From Macrostomum hystrix (taxonomy: Eukaryota; Animalia; Platyhelminthes): a stretch of 64,000 bases of DNA. The stretch spans positions 6,510,001 to 6,574,000 of the forward strand of contig CATNEN010000002.1 of assembly GCA_950097015.1 (NCBI GenBank), in the 5' to 3' direction. Positions 26,001-38,000 of this stretch are shown here, in pieces; positions within the stretch are counted from its first letter, which is position 1, and each line of letters begins with the position of its first letter. The notes beneath the pieces are model-generated. The model saw only the letters and a program-made list of their open reading frames with translations, made no database searches and was not told the DNA's origin. Position numbers and translations under genes: made by a program.

Positions 26001-29000
26001 TTACCGGACTACAAGGATCCAGAAGACTATAAACTACTTAAGGAAGAAGAAGCAATCGCAGTAAGTGTCACGTGACTGTTATAAATTCCTAGGCAATTGT
26101 TCCCCATTGTCTAGAAGTGGGAGTTTCGTGTGTCTGATCAACACGCAAAACTCTTCAACTGGTGATCTCGCCCAGGCCCTGCAATCAAGCCCAGGCCGAG
26201 ATACAAAACATTTTTTGCGGTACCCCTTTCGAATTGTTTTAACATAAAAAAAAAAAGGAAAAAAAATTTTTGCAACTTATTAATTTTGCTTTTGATTTAA
26301 AATAATCCACCGTTTCATAAAAATTTTGTTGCGTCATCCCTCTGAAAAATTTTGCTGTCCCTACCGGATATTGTTTGCACATAAGCCACACGCGTCACTT
26401 CGCTCTATTGTTTGCACACCTGGGAATCGCGCGACTGAACTCACCGGCTCACATTTCAATAACCCCTTTTCAGCGTTAAAAGCGGCATACGTTCCCTGCT
26501 TTGTATAAATTTTTCTCCCTTGTCCTGAGTAAATAATTCCTCTGTGTAAACCATTTTCAATTTGCTGATACACACGCACACGCACACACACACACTTTTT
26601 ATTCACACTAAATCTTGTCAGAGAAGTCAATCTGGACGAACCCTTGAACATCGATCCAGAACTTGAATTATTTCCGTTCCCAGTTGCGAATATGGCACGA
26701 AGAAACTATCAGGTCCATCGTGACATTAAGGAAACGGTCGGAATGTATACAATGGATAAAGATTTCAACACATTCATTGATCACTTTGATTTGGTCTCAC
26801 GCGAATATGGATTACAGAATGCAGAGAAAGCACTCCTCCTACCTCCACTGTTACAAGGAACAGCTCGAGAAATCTATGGAAAATTGACAGCTGCAGTACA
26901 ACAAGATTATCAAGCTCTAGTTACCCAACTGAGAGCACAATTCGCACGGTGTGGAACAAACAGATCGGTACTCCTTCATAAACTTCATAATCGAAAAATG
27001 AGTCCCACTGAGAGTTTTCTCACCTTTGTTGATGACATCCGTAAGATCATCAAAGCATTACATCAGCCTCCACCATTGGATCAAGGAGCTCAACCTATAG
27101 GACCTGCCGAATCAGCTGCACGAGAAAGACAACGTCTTGAAGACCGGGAACAAAGTTTAATACTTCATGTGATTAACAACGCACAGCCTACTTTGCGAGA
27201 TAGACTGCTGAGAGAAACTATTAACACAGAGGAACAATTGCTCCGTTGTGGAATGCAATGGGAAGCTAGCGCACCTCTTATGACTACTCATAATAGTGAC
27301 ACGACACAACTAGCAGAACAATTAAGCAAACTCATGCAGCAACACCAAACTTCTGCTATTGTACCACAACAGCAGAGATATTCCTATCCACAACCACAAC
27401 AGAGATACTTGCACACATCAACTTGTTACACCTGTGGAAGGATCGGTCATTATGCTAGAGACTGCAGATCACGTGGCAACCCACGTTCATACAATGACAA
27501 TAGACAGACCAATTGGACTCGTCCTCCAAGACAGCTTTCAAACCGTAATTGGACAAATAGTCGACAACAAGATAGTAGACCATCTAATGCCATCGTACCT
27601 TATCGTCAACAAAGAAATCCTCCACCTCCAAGACAACCAACGCAAGTCCGTCGACAATACACTCAAGCTATTGAGCCTGAATACACTCAAACTATTGAAC
27701 CAAAGTTCAAGATTGAAGATCTTATGCCAGACTTTTCCGTCAATGTTCTTGATGAACTTGAGAAACAAAAGAAGGAGCAAGAAATCAATGACCTTCATCT
27801 GGACAACGATGGTGCAGCCTATATTACTATAATCGAAAGCGACCATTCGAAAGAGCCGCCCATGCCACAAAAGGAAACAGAGGATACAGAAGAAAACAAT
27901 TTTTACTACAACAATGAGTCAACACAGGAAATACAGAACGACAACACAAGCAACGACAGCAGCTGCATAATGGGTTCATTGTTTGAAGAATTATCGATTC
28001 CCTCGCCAAGAGAAAGTGTTGCCTTCAACACCTGTCAACACATTGAACGAAAACAAGTACAACAACAAATCAAAGGATTATTCAAAATTCCAACGATGAG
28101 TGATCTTTCAAAAATTCTGCAAAACAAAGAAGGCATAGATGAATTGTCCACATCCACAGAAAAGAATAATGAGGACCACAGTGCGACAAATTCACACAAC
28201 ACGTCTGAAGAAAGCATCAGCATGCTACAAATTTTAGTCGATGACATCGACTTGACAGAGACACCGCCTTCGACACCCAAGTACAAACCTGATCCCGAAT
28301 ACGAAAACATAACCCATGTCAATTCATCTGAAGGACAGAATGGACACGATAAAGCAGTGAATACCGAATCATACTACTCGAAGCACGATAGATCTTCTCA
28401 GACTAAAAGTGACTACAATACGTCGATGGAAAATGATGACGATCATATCTATGATGAACCAACAACGTGGATCGACATGAGAACGGATACTACAAGTACC
28501 GTACTGCAAACTCTCAATACACCATTAACATTCGATATGAAACAACCAACCTGGTATAACCAACAAACCAGACCATCAGGATGCAACAACCCATGGCACT
28601 TTTCTATGCGCCTTACTCCACCAATTGGAGAGACAGAAGACCAACGATATTCAATAAACACCAATAAACCGACACCACCAACCAAAGTGAAGAAAAAGAA
28701 ACGACACATACTGATAAGATGGTTGTTTTCAGCCATCGTGATGTTGCTTCTCCCGACAGTTGTACCATCTTCAGTGCCCATGATTTGCCCTACTGATGCC
28801 AACATCCAACCAGTCATCTACAAAATACCAACGGAAATCAAGTGCAGTTACTTTAAAACTAATCAAACAAAACCTATTCCATTAACGATCGATGTCTACA
28901 AAGCAAACACAAAGAAACATAGACAATATGGTATTATCTGTTTCCGAGATAAACATGAACTAGAAAAGGTTTGGTACATCCAATGGAATCGCATCCGATT

Positions 29001-32000
29001 CTGGCAAACAGCACTGCCTGTCACACAAGAAGAATGCCTCCAGTGGAACCAAACATTATTTTCTAAAGATGGAGAACTTCATGCCGATGAAAAGATTGGA
29101 AACTCTCAACTCTTCAGAACCAAGAACAGTGCGAACGGTAGATATGTCCATTGGAACGAATACATATGGCCACGTTACACCACGCACAAACATGCCTTCA
29201 AATACAAAGGACCTTTCCGTGTAACAGCAATGATATCCGCAACAACAGCACGCCTTGCAAATATCCAGGATCCACATCAACCTCAGTTCTATGTTCACAT
29301 TCAACGTTTAAAACGCATCACTAAGGACACTACATTCCTTCCAACGTTACAGAATCCAGACCACACAAAAACAACAAACAAGCACATTGCAACAGCACAT
29401 GCCGAGACACAAACCACAAACACACCACCAAATAATCATACGTATAACTTACGCCCGCGTTAAATTACTCGTTTATTGTTCCCCGTGTAGTGACCGGGAT
29501 TAAGAATAGCACTACAGCTTCTCAAGCTTGTCGTAAAAGGCGACTAAAACCTCTGCTCTCTGCAACGCCCACACAATTTTCGCGAACACTACCATGGACT
29601 GTCCTGTCTGTCTTGAAGAATTCTCATGTAAACTACCATGTATATGTGTCAATAAACACCATGTTTGCGGTTCTTGCTTAAGCCTCGCACACTACAAAAA
29701 ACCATTAAAAAACTGTCCCTTGTGCCGTGGAAATCTCCGCCAATGTATGATATGTAACTCATGGCGAACTGTACAATACTGTCAAAACCAACATTTCATG
29801 TGTCCGCAATGTATAAAGAAGTTTGCCTATCGAGCCATTTTCCAATGTCCTGTTTGCAATAATACCCCACTATTAGTAATCTATAACAAATTTGCGCGTA
29901 TTAAACCAAATTATGGTTGCCAACTTCATCCATTAACCTATACTCTTTTTTCCTCTAATAAGATAATTCAACTTCTAAAAGCATGGCCTATACCACGAAT
30001 TGCTCACAAAACACGTAAAAACATTGTACGATACTCATTGCAATACGGCCCTGAGCTTCGACAATTGTCCATACATGATATTGCACAAAAACTGTTTAAT
30101 CTTGTCGATGACATGAATCTTCATCCCTGTCCCATTTTCTGTACAATTTTACCCACACTAATTTTAAGAAATGAAGACTTATCGTATCTACTGCCACCAC
30201 ACGAATCATATGAATATGTCAACTCCGATCAAGAAGTCCATTAAACAAACCACCCACAGACAACAATGCCAGACTGCCCTATTTGCTTAGACGAGCAGAC
30301 CACTCTAATGCCCATATGCGAAGTCGGACATGGGACATGCCAACAATGCGAGACAGCCGCAAAGCAAACTGGCAACCCAATACGCACCTGCCCAATCTGC
30401 TGTCGAGACAGGGTCCACTGTCTCATTTGCGGTAATCAACCGCAAATACAAATTTGTGACAACCGTCACTGGAGCTGCTTTACCTGCCTAGAGGCACTCG
30501 GCAGTCGAAATATCGACAAATGCCCCGATTGTTTCCTACGGATGCGAGCGGAACCCTTAGCTACGGTACAATTAACACCGGTAGCAGTGGACCTACTGCT
30601 CATGAATGTGCATGACATGGAGCCTCAGGAATTACGAGAGACAATAAAGACGTGGCCGACACCACTACGATGCCAACAACATCGGCAATATTTACTTCAA
30701 CTAGGCGAGCATCTGACACGCCGAGCCGAAATTGTCACGGATACAGAGGCCTACCTCTATATCCTCGAGCATACGGAAGATCCGGCCTACCTGCAACTAT
30801 ATAAACTATTTTGGCCAATAGCCATACTAACGGTCAAAACTCAAGCACAAATACATGAATATATCCGGCATCAATTCAGCCTTGAATAAGTAAAAAAATT
30901 TTTGATTGCATCAACTAGTAAAACAAACAGACCATTGATTATTGCATATACCTTCCCATGTTTATCACTCCCTCATGTTAACCAATACAATCCAAAATTT
31001 TATGTTATTGACAACCCACTATACGCTAAATGTCAAGATACTCTTTGTTATACAATGGTGACGGATTTTCAATGCCAAAATGGTTACACATCGCTTCTCA
31101 AATTGTCAATTTCTTTTCACGAACATTTAACCAACTACTTACACCACTGATATAATCCATTTGTGTTTTAAGGTCTACCCATACGCACCTAAATCCATTT
31201 CACCTAGTCCTGATACTGTCAATACGTGATGTTATCTTATTATTGTTATGCTATTTTCTTTTCCTCTCAACAATAAATTCGGGACGAATTTTTCGTAAAA
31301 AAGGGAGATATTGTAGAGAGTTGTAAAATGTGCTTTTTGCTTAACGCGCTACTTAAAGTAATGCCATAAGGAACTCTTAGCTACAACATTTAATCTATTT
31401 TTAGGAATGAGTCATACGCTATTTTTAGAAACAGTCATGTGACATGAAACCGGAGAACCGGTTCTTGACAGCTGTGTTTGCTTGAATTCCAAATATGGTA
31501 AAGCAAACAATTATGACTCATCGGGTTCTGCGTCTGTGTTTGCACTGTATTCCAAATATGGTAAAAACTCACAATCATGACTCACTAAACAAATATGTGT
31601 GACCTAAGTAAACACCCGGTAGTAGAACCGGTTTTTCCCCAAGGTTTTGCTATAAATACAAGCGAAAATCCGAGCTAAAAATTCAGACTCGGAGCGGTCC
31701 ACCGGACTTCAAAACACCTTACGAAGAAGAGGACTCATCTCTGAGGGAAAGACAAGTGGTAAGCGCTTTACTAGACAGAGTAATTTATTGCTAGCAATAG
31801 TTGTTGAATTGAACTAAGTTTACGAGAGCCACATATCGTCGATAAATTTGAGAAAGGCCTCCTTGTTTCCTAGGATACATTCCTAGAGGATTATTGATTG
31901 ATTTGATTTGAGTTATCCGTTATCTTTCGGAGGTAACGAAGAAGACGCCCTTCAGGAGGACCTATCAGAGATATACAAGAGAGATTTCAATTGTTCACTA

Positions 32001-35000
32001 GGGCGCACGTTTCTATTGTGAATTCCGAGCTCGAGGAAACCGAAAAGTAATCTGATTCGCTCTCGTCATTTATTGGCCAACAGACAAACTCAAGCAGCTG
32101 CCAAGAAGACAAAGAAGACAAGACTACAAAGACTCAAGAAACGTAGACTCGAAACCTCACGGTCGACCAGAACAAGAAGAAGGAGAACTTACCGGACTAC
32201 AAGGATCCAGAAGACTATAAACTACTTAAGGAAGAAGAAGCAATCGCAGTAAGTGTCACGTGACTGTTATAAATTCCTAGGCAATTGTTCCCCATTGTCT
32301 AGAAGTGGGAGTTTCGTGTGTCTGATCAACACGCAAAACTCTTCAGGTTCTGCCTGGGTTTAAAGTACTACCTGTTCATAATCCTACCTGGTTCTTAATC
32401 CTACCTCGTTCATGATCCTACCTGGTTCTTAATCCTACCTGGTTCTTAATCCTACCTGGTTCTTAATCCTACCTGGTTCATGATCCTACCTGGTTCTTAA
32501 TCCTACGTGTTCATAATCCTACCTGGTTCTTAATCCTACCTGGTTCATGATCCTACCTGGTTCTTAATCCTACGTGTTCATAATCCTACCTGGTTCATAA
32601 TCCTACCTGGTTCTTAATCCTACGTGTTCATGATCCTACCTGGTTCTTAATCCTACGTGTTCTTAATCCTACCTGGTTCTTAATCCTACCTGGTTCATGA
32701 TCCTACCTGGTTCTTAATCCTACGTGTTCATAATCCTACCTGGTTCTTAATCCTACCTGGTTCTTAATCCTTCCTGCTTCATAATCCTTCCTGCTTCATA
32801 ATCCTACCTGGTTTAAAGTCATACTTTGTTCATTATCCTACGCTATTAATAATGCCACCTGTTAATAATCCTAATTAATAATTAATAATCCTAACTGATT
32901 CCTAATCCTATCTGATTTGTAATACTACATAATTCACAATTGTACCTGTTTCATTATCCTACCTATTTCATATCCAACCTGATTTATTATCCTACCTGTT
33001 TCATTATCCTAACCTCTTTCATAATCCAACCTGTTTCATAATCCTATGTGTTTCATAATCCTACCTGTTTCATAATCTTACATGATTCATAATCCCTCCT
33101 GGTTCATAATCAACCCGTTTCAGATTGTAAATAATCCATTAGCCGCTTGATTTGTCACTAAATATCTTAATACCATCTCCCCCATCTCATCACAACCTCA
33201 GTGACCGTGCTGGCAATCTTCAGCGATCTCAGAGTGGAGCCAGATCTGTACGCCCTGGTATTCGGCGAGAGCGTCCTTAACGACGCAGTCGCCATCGTCC
33301 TGTCCGAGTCCATCGAAACCTACGATGTTGCCGCCGCCGCGGGCGGTAAAGCCGCCATCGCCGTGCTGAAGGCCATCGGCAGCTTCGCCGGAGTGTTCCT
33401 CGGCGCCATCGGCATCGGCTGCCTGCTGGGATGCCTCACTGCCGCCATCACCAAGTTCACACAGGTGGGCTGGCCTGAATGCACTTAGATATCCAATCAG
33501 CCTTGAGATATCCTATCTCTTATCGAATATCCCATCTCCTTTTATTCATCCCATCCCAATTAGATATAATCCCATCCACATTAGATATCCCATCCTGCAT
33601 TAAACATCCCATCCCACATTATATATCCCAACCCCGTTAGATATCCCATCCTACATTAGATATCCCATCCCACATTAGATATCCCATCCTGCATTAGATA
33701 TTCCATCCTACATTAGATATCCCATCCAGCATTAAACATCCCATCCCACATTAAATATTCCATCCTGCATTAGATATCCCATCCCACATTAGATATCCCA
33801 TCCTACATTAGATATTCCATCCTACATTAGATATCCCATCCTACATTAGATATCCCATCCAGCATTAAACATCCCATCCCACATTAAATATTCCATCCTG
33901 CATTAGATATCCCATCCCACATTAGATATCCCATCCTACATTAGATATCTCATCCTACATTAGATATCCCATCCCACATTATATATCCCAACCCCGTTAG
34001 ATATCCCATCCTACATTAGATATCCCATCCTACATTAGATATCCCATCCCACATTAGATATCCCATCCTACATTAGATATCCCATCCTACATTAGATATC
34101 CCATCCGGCATTAAACATCCCATCCCACATTAAATATTCCATCCTGCATTAGATATCCCATCCCACATTACATATCCCATCCTACATTAGATATCTCATC
34201 CTACATTAGATATCTCATCCTATATTAGATATCTCATCCTACATTAGATATCCCATCCTACATTAGATATCCCATCCCACATTAGATATCTCATCCTACA
34301 TTAGATATCCCATCCTACATTAGATATCTCATCCTACATTAGATATCTCATCCAGCATTAAACATCCCATCCCACATTAAATATTCCATCCTGCATTAGA
34401 TATCCCATCCCACATTAGATATCCCATCCTACATTAGATATCTCATCCTACATTAGATATCCCATCCCACATTATATATCCCAACCCCGTTTGATATCCC
34501 ATCCTACATTAGATATCCCATCCCACATTAGATATCTCATCCTACATTAGATATCCCATCCTACATTAGATATCCCATCCCACATTAGATATCCCATCCT
34601 ACATTAGATATCCCATCCCGCATTAAACATCCCACCCCACATTAGATATCCCATCCCGCATTAAACATCCCGTCCCTATTAGATAATTTTTCCCGAGAGA
34701 GGCCTTACCCTAAACCCCATACTTCCCTTGCCCTCCATACTCGTGCAGGTCCGTGAGCACCCTCTGCTGGAGACCAGCCTGTTTGTTTTGATGAGCTACG
34801 CGACATTCCTGGCTGCCGAGGCTGTGAGAAGCACGGGCATTGTGGCTGTACTGTTCTGCGGCATCTGCCAGGCTCACTACACTTACAATAACCTGTCTGA
34901 CGAGTCCAAGGCCACCACTGTGTCCTTCTTTCGTCTATTGAATTTCCTGGCGGAGAATTTCACCTTTGTCTATATTGGTGTGAGCGTGTTCACCTACAGC

Positions 35001-38000
35001 TCTCACCTGTGGGATCCTGTGTTCATTATGGCGGCCCTACTAGCTATGATTGCCGGCCGGGTGCTCAGCGTCTACCCGCTGTGCTGCCTGCTGAACATCG
35101 GCCGCCGGCGCAGCGGCTGCGCCATCGGCCCCAACCGAATGCACGTCCTGGCCTTCTCCGGCCTTCGCGGCGCGATAGCCTTCGCCTTGGCCATCAGGAA
35201 CACCTCGTCGGACGCTAGGAAAATAATCTTCTCCACCACCCTGATCCTAGTGATGAGCACCGTGCTCATCTGCGGCGGCCTCACCACCCAGATGCTGCAG
35301 TGGATGCGAATCGAGTCAGTGCTATTGTCTTATTTATTAATCCCTCTGAACAATGCGCCGACATGTTAATCCTCGCCTGACATTGCAGAGTGGGCGTCGA
35401 GGAGGAACCGGCCCCCCAGCAACAGCCCGACGGCATGGATGGAGGCTCCGAGGTGCGCACAGAATCCCATTGTCTCTGAATCCCTTTCTTTTTTAAGCTC
35501 CAATGACTTTTGAAACCTCTGAAGACTCATTTTTTCTGAAATCCTATTCCATTTCAAATCCCATTTAGTTTTTAAATCCCATTTAGTATCAAATCCCATT
35601 TAGTTTTAAATCCCATTTAGTTTCAAATCCCATTTAGTTTTAAATCCCATTTAGTTTTAAATCCCATTTAGTTTTAAATCCCATTTAGTTTTAAATCCCA
35701 TTTAGTATCAAATCCCATTTAGTTTTAAATCCCATTTAGTTTTAAATCCCATTTAGTTTTAAATCCCATTTAGTTTTTAAATCCCATTTAGTTTTAAATC
35801 CCATTTAGTTTTAAATCCCATTTAGTTTTAAATCCCATTTAGTTTTAAATCCCATTTAGTTTTAAATCCCATTTAGTTTTAAATCCCATTTAGTATCAAA
35901 TCCCATTTAGTTTTAAATCCCATTTAGTTTTAAATCCCATTTAGTTTTTAAATCCCATTTAGTATCAAATCCCATTTAGTTTTTAAATCCCATTTAGTTT
36001 TAAATCCCATTTAGTTTTAAATCCCATTTAGTTTTAAATCCCATTTAGTTTTAAATCCCATTTAGTTTTTAAATCCCATTTAGTATCAAATCCCATTTAG
36101 TTTTAAATCCCATTTAGTTTTTAAATCCCATTTAGTATCAAATCCCATTTAGTGTCAAATCCCATTTAGTTTTAAATCCCATCTATTAAAAAATCCGAGT
36201 CCGTTAGAAATCATATTTTATCTGTAGTCCAGTTCTTTAATCTTATTTATTTAGTATCCAATTCCGATAAAAAATCACTTTTTAACTGAAATCCTACCTT
36301 AGCAACTAAAAAATCCTAGTCTTTTGAATTTGCTAGTTAAACTCTCATCCTGTATTTATCCTAATTCAACTGATATCACATGTACAAGTAAATCACCTGT
36401 CGCCTAGCTCGTTATCCGAATTTATATTTATTTTAGTCACAGGTGCTCGCTCGGGAACCGAACATACGCGATCGCTCCTGCATCGCGATTTCCTGGCGGA
36501 AATTCGACAACAAGTGAGCCGTTTTTTCGTGTTAAACCTCCTCCCTTCATCTCCAATCACCAGATCCATTCATCACCGATCACCAGATCCATTCATCACC
36601 GATCACCAGACCCCTTCATCTCTGATCACTAGATCCCTTCATCTCCCATCACCAGATCCCTTCATTTCTGATCACCAGATCCCTTCATTTCTGATCACTA
36701 GATCCCTTCATCTCCCATCACCAGATCCCTTCATTTCTGATCACCAGATCCCTTCATTTCTGATCACTAGATCCCTTCATCTCCCATCACCAGATCCCTT
36801 CATTTCTGATCACTAGATCCCTTCATCTCCCATCACCAGATCCCTTCATTTCTGATCACCAGATCCCTTCATTTCTGATCACTAGATCCCTTCATCTCCC
36901 ATCACCAGATCCCTTCATTTCTGATCACCAGATCCCTTCATTTCTGATCACTAGATCCCTTCATCTCCCATCACCAGATCCCTTCATTTCTGATCACCAG
37001 ATCCCTTCATTTCTGATCACTAGATCCCTTCATCTCCCATCACCAGATCCCTTCATTTCTGATCACCAGATCCCTTCATTTCTGATCACTAGATCCCTTC
37101 ATCTCCCATCACCAGATCCCTTCATTTCTGATCACTAGATCCCTTCATCTCCCATCACCAGATCCCTTCATTTCTGATCACCAGATCCCTTCATTTCTGA
37201 TCACTAGATCCCTTCATCTCCCATCACCAGATCCCTTCATTTCTGATCACCAGATCCCTTCATTTCTGATCACTAGATCCCTTCATCTCCCATCACCAGA
37301 TCCCTTCATTTCTGATCACCAGATCCCTTCATTTCTGATCACTAGATCCCTTCATCTCCCATCACCAGATCCCTTCATTTCTGATCACCAGATCCCTTCA
37401 TTTCTGATCACTAGATCCCTTCATCTCCCATCACCAGATCCCTTCATTTCTGATCACTAGATCCCTTCATCTCCCATCACCAGATCCCTTCATTTCTGAT
37501 CACCAGATCCCTTCATTTCTGATCACCAGATCCCTTCATTTCTGATCACTAGATCCCTTCATCTCCCATCACCAGATCCCTTCATTTCTGATCACCAGAT
37601 CCCTTCATTTCTGATCACTAGATCCCTTCATCTCCCATCACCAGATCCCTTCATTTCTGATCACCAGATCCCTTCATTTCTGATCACTAGATCCCTTCAT
37701 CTCCCATCACCAGATCCCTTCATTTCTGATCACCAGATCCCTTCATTTCTGATCACTAGATCCCTTCATCTCCCATCACCAGATCCCTTCATTTCTGATC
37801 ACCAGATCCCTTCATTTCTGATCACTAGATCCCTTCATCTCCCATCACCAGATCCCTTCATTTCTGATCACCAGATCCCTTCATTTCTGATCACTAGATC
37901 CCTTCATCTCCCATCACCAGATCCCTTCATCTCCAATCTCCAGATCCCTACATCCCCAATGCCGCATCCCAGATCATCGCGCTGTAGCACAGAGACTCCT

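Larger units (their letters stand above)
25124..32345 (+). mobile_element. Non-autonomous LTR retroelement (Ty3/Gypsy-like) carrying a gag-glycoprotein fusion ORF and two double-RING ORFs
   Basis: Two 1034-bp TG..CA LTRs, 4-bp TSD GGTT (25120-25123, 32346-32349), PBS-like TGGTGATCTCGCCCAGG and PPT AAAAAAGGGAGA. Gag with CCHC is present. No protease, RT, RNase H or integrase core motifs. Confidence 0.93.

Noticed and set aside
30902-31150. Possible fourth ORF in the LTR element (82 aa)
   Set aside because: TTG start, short, no motif and no evident acceptor.
36514-36816. 100-aa repeat ORF
   Set aside because: Translation of the 69-bp higher-order satellite starting at a splice donor.
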